Shown here: piece after piece, positions 37,143 through 44,547 of the stretch
Position numbering within the stretch: the stretch's first letter is position 1
How the letters are laid out: every line of letters starts with the position of its first letter
NCBI GenBank assembly: GCA_964602805.1
Contig: CAZRSJ010000005.1
Location: 1 to 63,103 of the forward strand
DNA: 63,103 nucleotides
From: an uncultured Chromatiales bacterium
GTDB taxonomy: Bacteria > Pseudomonadota > Gammaproteobacteria > Poriferisulfidales > Poriferisulfidaceae
Direction of reading: 5' to 3'
Notes under the pieces: generated by a model
The model's input: only the letters and a program-made list of their open reading frames with translations
The model's database searches: none
What the model was told of the DNA's origin: nothing
Made by a program: the position numbers and the translations under genes

Positions 37143-37867
37143 TTCCGGTCGCACTGGCGCTGGTGGCGGGACTGGCCGCAGGAACCGCCACGGCCGAGAG
37201 CCTCCAGGATCGGGCGCTTCGTGCCATGCTGGATTCGGATTGGGCCCGGGCGGTCGAGTTGTGGGCAGGGGTGGACGGGCAACGAGCCCGGGAATACCTT
37301 CAGCAGGCCCGGGCGGAACTCCAGTATCAGCGGACCCGGTCCCTGCTGAACGAGGCCCGTGTAGCCCGGCAGAAAGAAGACTGGGCCACGGCCGATACCG
37401 CCTACCTCAAGGCATTGGCCATCTCCCCCCATTTGAAGTCGGCGCACCAAGGCCGAGAGCAAGTCGCCCTGTACATCGAGGCATACCGGCAGCTGGACGC
37501 GTTGAAACTGCCGGAAGGCCTCTACGACAAGGTCATCCGAGCCCGGGCGAAAGAGTGGCTTGCCTTTGTCCGAGAGAAACAACTCGATGACCGAAAGATC
37601 AGCAAGGCCCGCACGGAGATTGTCGAGGCATTGAAGCTGGCGCAAATCCCGGTTTCCCTGATCCTGACTTCGGACAACCAGTCCGAGGTTGAAATTTACG
37701 GCGTCGGGAAACTCGGGCGGCTCGAACGCCAGACCCTGAAGTTGATCCCAGGTGACTACATCGTCGTTGCCAACCGGCCCGGATACCGAGATGCTCGGGC
37801 GACGCTGAAAGTGCGCCCCGGCAAGGCTCTTACCCTAGACATTCGATGCACGGAGTCGATCCGGTGA
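37088..37867 (+). CDS. exported helical-repeat protein with C-terminal PEGA-like domain
   Basis: 259 aa from GTG 37088 (start uncertain). Signal-like LIPVALALVAGLAAGTATA. C-terminal LILTSDNQSEVEIYG...GDYIVVANRPGYRDARATLKV. Confidence 0.6.
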   Translation: MARNPERDLPVGTWRPELIPVALALVAGLAAGTATAESLQDRALRAMLDSDWARAVELWAGVDGQRAREYLQQARAELQYQRTRSLLNEARVARQKEDWATADTAYLKALAISPHLKSAHQGREQVALYIEAYRQLDALKLPEGLYDKVIRARAKEWLAFVREKQLDDRKISKARTEIVEALKLAQIPVSLILTSDNQSEVEIYGVGKLGRLERQTLKLIPGDYIVVANRPGYRDARATLKVRPGKALTLDIRCTESIR

Positions 37868-39681
37868 TTCTTGAGCACGAGCCGATCCAGGCCAAGCCAT
37901 ATCGGTCGCCCAAGCAGGAAAGGCGCCGCAAGCGGCCCTCAGCACCCCGATTTCGTGGGGTAGGGCTGGCGATTCTGCTCCTGGCACTGATGACGGCAGG
38001 CGCCTGGTACGCCATGGAGCAGGCACAACTCATCAGCTTCGAGACTGACCCCGCAACCGCCACGGTGCGTCTCGAGAGCCCGCACATGATGGTGAACGGG
38101 CAAGCCTTGCTCTGGCGTGGCCAGCATATCGCGAATGTGGAAGCAGAAGGCCACTACCCTCGGCAGATCGAATTCCAGGCGGGTGGAGACGCGCCGCGCA
38201 CCGTGCAGGTCACTCTGGACCCCTTGCCGGGCAAACTCCGGGTTTCCACGACCCCTGAAACCGAAGGGGAAGTCCGAGTCGACGGCGAACGCGCCGGGAA
38301 GATCGGAGAAATACTGGAGGATATCTCCCCGGGCCAACATGTCGTACAGGTCAGCGTGGAGGGCTTCGAAATGCGCCAGCAAACGGTAGAGATCGAGGGA
38401 TACGGCCAATTGACCGAGATTGAGATTTCTCTCCAGAAGGTCGTAGAACCCGCCTTGCTGACGATTTCCAGTACCCCCGATACCGCGGACATATTGATCG
38501 ATGGCATCTGGCGGGGGCGGACCCCGAAGCGGGTCGCATTGACTCCAGATACCCAGGTGGAAGTTGCCTTGTTATTGCCCGGCCATACTCCAAACCGGCA
38601 GACCCTGAAATTGAAATCCGGCCGCCAAAACCATACGGTGACCCTGACACCGCGCCTCGGTACCCTTGAACTTTGGCCAACGCCGGCCAACGCGACGATT
38701 CGTATTGACGGGCAGGTGGAACTCCGGCGTCAGTTGCAGCTGACACAGCAAGCCCATACCGTGGAAGTTTCCGCACCAGGCTATGTGACGAATAAATACA
38801 CCGTGGTGCCCCACCCGGATACCCCAAAGCAACTTTTCGCCGTCTTGCAATCACAGGCGAAGGTCGAACACTCCCGGCGCCAAAAGCATGAACGGGATTT
38901 CGGGCTGATCTTCGTCGAGTTCCAGCCCCGCGGTTCGTTCGAGCTCACGACCACACGCCGCCGAATCCCGGTGCGCCTGACCCGACCGTTCGCGATCATG
39001 GACAAGGAAGTCACCAACGCCCTGTACCAGCGCTACCGAGCCGAACATGACTCCGGAGAAGTGTTCGGCAAGCGCCTGGATCGCCCGAGCCAGCCGGTAG
39101 TGCAGGTCAGTTGGGCGGATGCCGCACTGTTTGCGAACTGGATGAGCAAGCAGGCAGGGGTTGCGCCGTTCTACCGGGTACGCGACGGGCAAATCGTGGG
39201 ATTCGATGCGCAGGCGACCGGATACCGGTTGCCGAGTGAAGCCGAATGGGTCTGGTTGACCCGTTCCGGAAAGCGGTATGCCTGGGGTGACTTCATGCCG
39301 CCTCCAGATCGGTTCGGTAATCTAGCAGACGCTTCCGCTTCCGACATCGTGCAGCCGACACTGGAAGGATACAACGACGGGCATGCCGTCAGCGCCGACG
39401 TCGGAAGCTTCCCGCCTTCGGGCCAAGGGTTGTATGATTTGCCGGGCAACGTGGCGGAATGGATGCACGATGTGTTTCTCGACAAACTGCGGGTTTCGAC
39501 CCGTCCGGAGACAGAGCGAGTCAATCCGCTGGGCGAGGCCAGCGGTCGATACTACGTTATCCGGGGATTTAGCTGGCGCGATGGCGGGCGCAAGGAGTTG
39601 AGCCTGAACAACCGTCGCTACGACCGCGATCCCAAGGACGATGTGGGGTTCCGGCTGACTTACTACCTGGACAAGCCATGA
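37846..39681 (+). CDS. single-pass membrane protein with four PEGA-like repeats and a C-terminal FGE-sulfatase (SUMF1-fold) domain
   Basis: 611 aa. TM helix GVGLAILLLALMTAGAWYAM. PEGA-like repeats (for example LTISSTPDTADILIDGIWRGRTP). FGE-sulfatase motifs (MDKEVTNALYQRY, QPVVQVSWADAALFANWMS, YRLPSEAEWVW, NVAEWMHD, GFSWRD, GFRL). Confidence 0.8.
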   Translation: MHGVDPVILEHEPIQAKPYRSPKQERRRKRPSAPRFRGVGLAILLLALMTAGAWYAMEQAQLISFETDPATATVRLESPHMMVNGQALLWRGQHIANVEAEGHYPRQIEFQAGGDAPRTVQVTLDPLPGKLRVSTTPETEGEVRVDGERAGKIGEILEDISPGQHVVQVSVEGFEMRQQTVEIEGYGQLTEIEISLQKVVEPALLTISSTPDTADILIDGIWRGRTPKRVALTPDTQVEVALLLPGHTPNRQTLKLKSGRQNHTVTLTPRLGTLELWPTPANATIRIDGQVELRRQLQLTQQAHTVEVSAPGYVTNKYTVVPHPDTPKQLFAVLQSQAKVEHSRRQKHERDFGLIFVEFQPRGSFELTTTRRRIPVRLTRPFAIMDKEVTNALYQRYRAEHDSGEVFGKRLDRPSQPVVQVSWADAALFANWMSKQAGVAPFYRVRDGQIVGFDAQATGYRLPSEAEWVWLTRSGKRYAWGDFMPPPDRFGNLADASASDIVQPTLEGYNDGHAVSADVGSFPPSGQGLYDLPGNVAEWMHDVFLDKLRVSTRPETERVNPLGEASGRYYVIRGFSWRDGGRKELSLNNRRYDRDPKDDVGFRLTYYLDKP

Positions 39682-39896
39682 AACGACTTTGGTGGGTATC
39701 CTTGTATGCGATGGCGGCCTTGGCATGGGCCGAAGAGCCTCCTGCACCGCAAGCGGAAGAAGAGGATCACCAGATTATCGAAATCCTAACTGAAGAGGAT
39801 CTCAAGCAGAAAACCCCACAGATCACACTCAAGCAATTGACCCCAAAAGAAACCATTTCCCTCGACCAAGCCGTGGATATGCCCAGTGACATATAA
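39678..39896 (+). CDS. small secreted acidic protein
   Basis: 72 aa. Signal peptide MKRLWWVSLYAMAALAWA. ATGA overlap with the upstream gene and 11-nt overlap with the downstream gene. Confidence 0.55.
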   Translation: MKRLWWVSLYAMAALAWAEEPPAPQAEEEDHQIIEILTEEDLKQKTPQITLKQLTPKETISLDQAVDMPSDI

Positions 39897-40767
39897 ATTG
39901 AACAACCTGACCGGGCGCTGGCGTGAACACGAAGTGTTCTGGCAATTGCTGGCGTTGGCGGTGTCGTTCGTGCTGGTGCACGCGGCGTATGAACTGGTGG
40001 TGCGCCCAGTCGCCTACGAGGAGTTACAACGCCAGGCCGTTGCCGAGGAACAGGCTGAAATCGCATCGCCGACGCTTGGCGCGCGGATCGCCGTGGTCGT
40101 CAAGGACTACGAGCAGGAAGCCTGTTTTATCGCCCTGTTCTGGGCGCTCGCCATCATGTGGATGAAGCTGATGAAGCTGCGCTTCGCACGAAGGCTGCTG
40201 AGCCAGCGTGGCCGGCAAGACGAGGAGAGTTTCCTGGAAACCCGGGAAACCGATCTGGTCCTGCCTCAGGCGCACGACCGGGCACGCTTCACCGACGTGC
40301 GCGAGTACGTGCGAATGCAGGGCTATGGCGGTACCGTGCTCTATCGGGCTGCCGACGCCTGTCTGGATCGTTTCTTCACGACGCATTCCGTATCGGACGC
40401 CACTGCGGCCATGAAGGCCAGTTGCGAGATGGAGTCGGACCGGCAGGATACCGAACTGGCACTGGTGCGCTACCTGACCTGGGCCATCCCGTCGCTTGGA
40501 TTCATCGGCACGGTGCGCGGGATCGGCGCAGCCCTGGGGCAGGCCGAAGAAGCCACGCGCGGCAACATCGGGCCGGTGACGGAAAGCCTTGGCGTGGCAT
40601 TCAATTCAACGTTTGTCGCCCTGCTGATCAGCCTGTTCATCATGCTGCTGCTGCACAAACTGCAGGAAGCCCAGGAGTCGCTGGTACTGGATGCCCAGGA
40701 GCATTGCCAGCATCACCTGCTGCGTTACCTGCGGGAGCGGACGCGGACGGATGAGCCTTCTTCTTAG
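39886..40767 (+). CDS. MotA/TolQ/ExbB proton-channel family protein
   Basis: 293 aa (GTG start), four TM helices. Family motifs WAIPSLGFIGTVRGIGAAL and GVAFNSTFVALLISLFIMLLL. Confidence 0.8.
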   Translation: MTYKLNNLTGRWREHEVFWQLLALAVSFVLVHAAYELVVRPVAYEELQRQAVAEEQAEIASPTLGARIAVVVKDYEQEACFIALFWALAIMWMKLMKLRFARRLLSQRGRQDEESFLETRETDLVLPQAHDRARFTDVREYVRMQGYGGTVLYRAADACLDRFFTTHSVSDATAAMKASCEMESDRQDTELALVRYLTWAIPSLGFIGTVRGIGAALGQAEEATRGNIGPVTESLGVAFNSTFVALLISLFIMLLLHKLQEAQESLVLDAQEHCQHHLLRYLRERTRTDEPSS

Positions 40768-41662
40768 GATCGACAGCTACGCGCTGGCACAGCCCGACGG
40801 CACCGACTGGCGGGTCGAGTGGTGCTTGGCCCACCGGGACTCAAAAGACGGTTGGCGATTTGGTAAAGATGCCGGTGAACGGCTGCAGCCCCGACACACC
40901 GACAACGAAAACAACGAATATCTGGAAACACCGGGGATAGGGGAAAGCCAAGGCACGTCGAATATCGACCTTGCGTATTTGCAGTTGCGGGAATTCCTAC
41001 CGGAAGGGGAAGGCCCGATCGACCTTTCGGTAAGCGGAGGAATCGACCGATCGCGGCTCGAACGTCTGCTGGGCGTTCTGGAAGCCTTGAGCTACGCACC
41101 CCGAAGTGTATTCCCGACCGCACTGCTGGCGGCCCGGGACCTTGAACCCGGGCGCTACGGCATCATCGAGCTCGGGCGCAACCGCAGCTGGATCAGCGCC
41201 ATTGACGTTCAGCCGGGCCGTGCGCGACTGGAATCAGTCCAGGATTACGGGGATTTCGGCTTCTACCACCTCTTCACCCAATGGATGGAGAACGCGGCGG
41301 AGGCCTTCGCAGCCCAACACCGTTTCGACATACATCGCAACCTCGCGACAAACCGCGGGCAGCTGTTCGAACAAATGTGCCAAGGCTTCGCCGGGAAATC
41401 CGGACAGATCCGGCTCAATCTGGATTCCCGGCCCGTGACGCTGGACGAAAAGGTCTTTCAGGCCCGCTGGCCGAAGTCTTCTCTCGATACGGAGGGGCTG
41501 GAGCTCCTGCTGCTGCCTCCCCTGACGCGGGTATTGCCGCTGCCGGAACAGGGGTTGGGTCTCCCTCTTTGTGCCAACCCCACGCCCCAGGCCGTCTTCA
41601 ATCTGGAGGCCGCCGTGCCGGAAGACGGGCAAGCCCACCGTTGCGTGGCCCTTTCCTGCTGA
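40751..41662 (+). CDS. cytoplasmic hypothetical protein
   Basis: Internal Met MSLLLRIDSY of ORF 40691..41662. 303 aa, no signal or TM segment, no motif recognised. 17-nt overlap upstream and no gap downstream. Confidence 0.55.
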   Translation: MSLLLRIDSYALAQPDGTDWRVEWCLAHRDSKDGWRFGKDAGERLQPRHTDNENNEYLETPGIGESQGTSNIDLAYLQLREFLPEGEGPIDLSVSGGIDRSRLERLLGVLEALSYAPRSVFPTALLAARDLEPGRYGIIELGRNRSWISAIDVQPGRARLESVQDYGDFGFYHLFTQWMENAAEAFAAQHRFDIHRNLATNRGQLFEQMCQGFAGKSGQIRLNLDSRPVTLDEKVFQARWPKSSLDTEGLELLLLPPLTRVLPLPEQGLGLPLCANPTPQAVFNLEAAVPEDGQAHRCVALSC

Positions 41663-42706
41663 ATGTCCCGACGCCGCCGCAGCCGTTTCCTGAACCCGTT
41701 CGGCCTGGCTTTCCTGGATGTCATGTCCTGCGGACTGGGGGCCGCGGTCCTGCTGTTCCTGATCATCGACCACAATCTAACCGAACTGGCGCAAGCATCG
41801 GAGAGCGGCGAGGGAGATATGCAACTGCTGGAGCAATCGATCCAGGAACAGGAAGAACTGATTACCGAGCACCGCAGACAGATGCGTCAACTGCAACGCG
41901 AGTTGGAAAGCCTGGCGCAGCAGCGCGTGGCCGCCATCACCACCCAGGCCGAACTTCGCGCCCGCCAACCGAAAGCGTCTGACACGGCCCAACTGGAACA
42001 GGAACTGCGCAAGCGGAAGAAAAAGCTTCAGGAAGCGGAGAAAAGCAAGCAACTGAGAGCGAAAGAGGGAGAAGGGCAACGCCAGTACGTGGCGGGCTTC
42101 CGGGTCGAGGGCCGCCGCATCCTGATCCTGCTGGACCGCTCGGCCAGCATGCAGGACGAACGTATCGCCACGATCATCCGAAACAAGTTTCTCCCGGTGA
42201 AGTACCAGGTCGAGAGCTACAAGTGGCGCTGGGCGCGTTCCATCTTCGAATGGGTTCTCTCACACCTGCCGCAAGAGGCGCAATACCAAGTCTGGGGTTT
42301 CAGCACGACAGCGGCGCCGGCGCTGCCGAGGAGCGGATGGCTTCCGGCAAAAGACGGGAAGCGAATGGAAGAGGTGATTTCGGCCGTGCAGGGCTGGGTC
42401 CCTGCGGGAGGAACCCGACTTGATACGACCCTCAAGAAGATCGCCCAGATCAAGCCAAGGCCGGATGCTGTCTATCTGATTACGGACGGCCTGCCGACGC
42501 AGGGAAAATCCTGGTTCAAGAAAAACCGGGTCAGCCCTTCCCAGCGCATGGATTTTTTCCAAGAAGCAACGGGAGGCATTGCAGGCCCGCCTTTCAACAT
42601 CGTTCTGCTTCCACTTGAGGGCGACCCGGCAGCGGCCGGGGCCTACTGGGGATTTGCGATGAGGACGAACGGGCAATTCCTGGCCCCGGCGGAGGACTGG
42701 CCATGA
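41663..42706 (+). CDS. ExbD/TolR-like TM helix + coiled coil + VWA domain protein
   Basis: 347 aa. Arg-rich N-terminus, helix FGLAFLDVMSCGLGAAVLLFLII, roughly 110-aa coiled coil, VWA with MIDAS DRSAS and later GGTRLD / ITDG. Confidence 0.75.
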   Translation: MSRRRRSRFLNPFGLAFLDVMSCGLGAAVLLFLIIDHNLTELAQASESGEGDMQLLEQSIQEQEELITEHRRQMRQLQRELESLAQQRVAAITTQAELRARQPKASDTAQLEQELRKRKKKLQEAEKSKQLRAKEGEGQRQYVAGFRVEGRRILILLDRSASMQDERIATIIRNKFLPVKYQVESYKWRWARSIFEWVLSHLPQEAQYQVWGFSTTAAPALPRSGWLPAKDGKRMEEVISAVQGWVPAGGTRLDTTLKKIAQIKPRPDAVYLITDGLPTQGKSWFKKNRVSPSQRMDFFQEATGGIAGPPFNIVLLPLEGDPAAAGAYWGFAMRTNGQFLAPAEDWP

Positions 42707-43668
42707 GGCGCGTCCGCCGGCAAGCCGATAATCGTTTGTCGTTCCTCGACGTGGTCAGCTGTGGGTTCGGGGCCATGGTGCTGCTGATCCTGATCACTAA
42801 AAACACTGTGGGTGAGCCGGTCGAAGATCTTCGGGCCCAAATCGAAGCGCTGCAGGAACAACTCTCACGCATCATTCAGATCCGGGCAAGCCTGGCAACC
42901 GAACAACTTGCGGTGCAAACCCGAGTGCACGCCCAGCAGGAAAAACTGCAGGACGAACGGAAGGGCGTAGAGGAAGCGCGGCAGGCGAATGCTGGCGCCC
43001 AGGCGCAGGCCCTGATCGAAGCAGACCTGAAGACCGCGCTACAACGCCTCAATGAAGAAATGCGACGGCTGAATCTGACTGCATCCGAGCCGGATGTGAT
43101 TGGTGGCATCCCAGCCGACAGCGAGTACATCATTTTTATTGTCGACACGTCCGGCAGCATGAAACGGTTTGCCTGGAAGGCCGCCAGGCAACAGTTGGTG
43201 GCTCTGCTGGACGCTTATCCGAAAGTGCGCGGGCTCCAAGTGATGAACGACATGGGCACGTATATGTTCAGCGGCTACCGGGGGCGCTGGATTCCGGATA
43301 CGCCCGCACGGCGGAAGGTTCTCCTGCAGCGCTTTGACTCCTGGCATTCGTACAGCAATTCGAGCCCCGTCGAAGGCATTCTGGAAGCCATAAAGCGATT
43401 CCGCATGAAATCCGACAAGATCAGCCTGTACATCTTCGGCGACGAATACACTGGCGAGTCGATCCAGCGGGTCATCGACACGGTGGAGGATCTCAACTAC
43501 CGGGATGGGAAGAGACAGGTCCGCATTCATGCGGTCGGGTTCTTCACCCGGGCTCAGATCGAGAAGATCGATCCGAAATACGCCGATACCACTAGTCGGT
43601 TCGCGGCGCTAATGCGGGAGCTGACCCGGCGCAACGGAGGAACTTTTTTGGGGATCACGGTGGATTGA
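42703..43668 (+). CDS. ExbD/TolR-like TM helix + coiled coil + VWA domain protein (paralogue)
   Basis: 321 aa. MRRVRRQADNRLSFLDVVSCGFGAMVLLILI, coiled coil, VWA with MIDAS DTSGS. ATGA overlap with the previous gene. Confidence 0.75.
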   Translation: MRRVRRQADNRLSFLDVVSCGFGAMVLLILITKNTVGEPVEDLRAQIEALQEQLSRIIQIRASLATEQLAVQTRVHAQQEKLQDERKGVEEARQANAGAQAQALIEADLKTALQRLNEEMRRLNLTASEPDVIGGIPADSEYIIFIVDTSGSMKRFAWKAARQQLVALLDAYPKVRGLQVMNDMGTYMFSGYRGRWIPDTPARRKVLLQRFDSWHSYSNSSPVEGILEAIKRFRMKSDKISLYIFGDEYTGESIQRVIDTVEDLNYRDGKRQVRIHAVGFFTRAQIEKIDPKYADTTSRFAALMRELTRRNGGTFLGITVD

Positions 43669-43701
43669 GTCCACCCACAACAAAGCGGCAAGCTCCTTAT
43701 G

Positions 43702-44508
43702 CTACTGTCCTAACCGTCGGGTAATCGCCAACCGGAAAACATCCAATTCATGCTCAATCTTGTAGGGACAAGGCCTCCGGGGTCCATCCGGTCCGCAGCG
43801 ATTGTTTCCAGAATGATTCACGTGGTAATCGTTCCGCCCAAAATCCATACGAAGTCCCTCTAATCGCGCCACCCAGCCCCCGTTCAACGGGATTTCGGCC
43901 CCGAACCCGATGACCCAACCGGTTTCCGTCGAGCGATCATGAAAGGAGTCGTCAGGATCCACCGTCCTAGGTCGGTTCGGTCCAAAATCAACGTCGACGA
44001 CGAAGTTTTCAATCCGGGCACGCGCCAATCCTCCCGTAGCAAACACCGTCACTGAACCGAATGATTTCTCGATTCCTACACGGGCCGTAGTAATCCACTG
44101 AAACTCCACCACGGCCGTCTCGTCCAAAGCCCAAGGGCGGGGATCGAGCTGGTTAGTCTGGGCCTCTAAGTCACCGATGGTGCCTTCCAGTTCCAGTCGA
44201 ATCATGGTGCCACCCAGATTGAATTTCTTCCCTATCAGCACGCCACCAATGAAGCCGGCATCCTCGTAGCGAGTCACTAAGCCAGGACTGACCGGGTACG
44301 CAAAACCATTTGTATCAGTCAGCCGATTGTCGACTTCGGCAGATCCCACGAAAACACCCGCATAGGCTTCCGACCCATGGGGGGCCGACCAATTTTCCGC
44401 AGCAAAAACGGGGCCGCTTGCCACAACCATGAGAAGGACAAACATCCCAAGTGCCGTGCCACCCGGGGCATTATTGCCCCTGGACTCAAGCAAGAAAAAC
44501 GGTTTCAT
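43702..44508 (-). CDS. outer-membrane beta-barrel protein (OmpA-like/OMP_b-brl type)
   Basis: 268 aa with a signal peptide ending VFAAEN. Alternating-hydrophobicity strands (GFIGGVLIGKKF, WVIGFGAEIPL, WVARLEGLRMDFG) and a barrel-like C-terminal region. Confidence 0.65.
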   Translation of the reverse strand: MKPFFLLESRGNNAPGGTALGMFVLLMVVASGPVFAAENWSAPHGSEAYAGVFVGSAEVDNRLTDTNGFAYPVSPGLVTRYEDAGFIGGVLIGKKFNLGGTMIRLELEGTIGDLEAQTNQLDPRPWALDETAVVEFQWITTARVGIEKSFGSVTVFATGGLARARIENFVVDVDFGPNRPRTVDPDDSFHDRSTETGWVIGFGAEIPLNGGWVARLEGLRMDFGRNDYHVNHSGNNRCGPDGPRRPCPYKIEHELDVFRLAITRRLGQ

Positions 44509-44547
44509 TGCGGCCCCCTCGTGGCATCCCGCTCTGTTGACCAGGTT

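Noticed and set aside
35203-43668. Operon as a Bat/aerotolerance-type VWA operon, a Tol-Pal/Ton system or Zorya
   Set aside because: It has no MoxR ATPase or DUF58 (needed for Bat). It has no TonB/TolA/TolB/Pal or OmpA-like PG-binding domain. It also lacks a ZorA-style long cytoplasmic tail and ZorC/ZorD-like partners. The resemblance is limited to the channel/axle principle.
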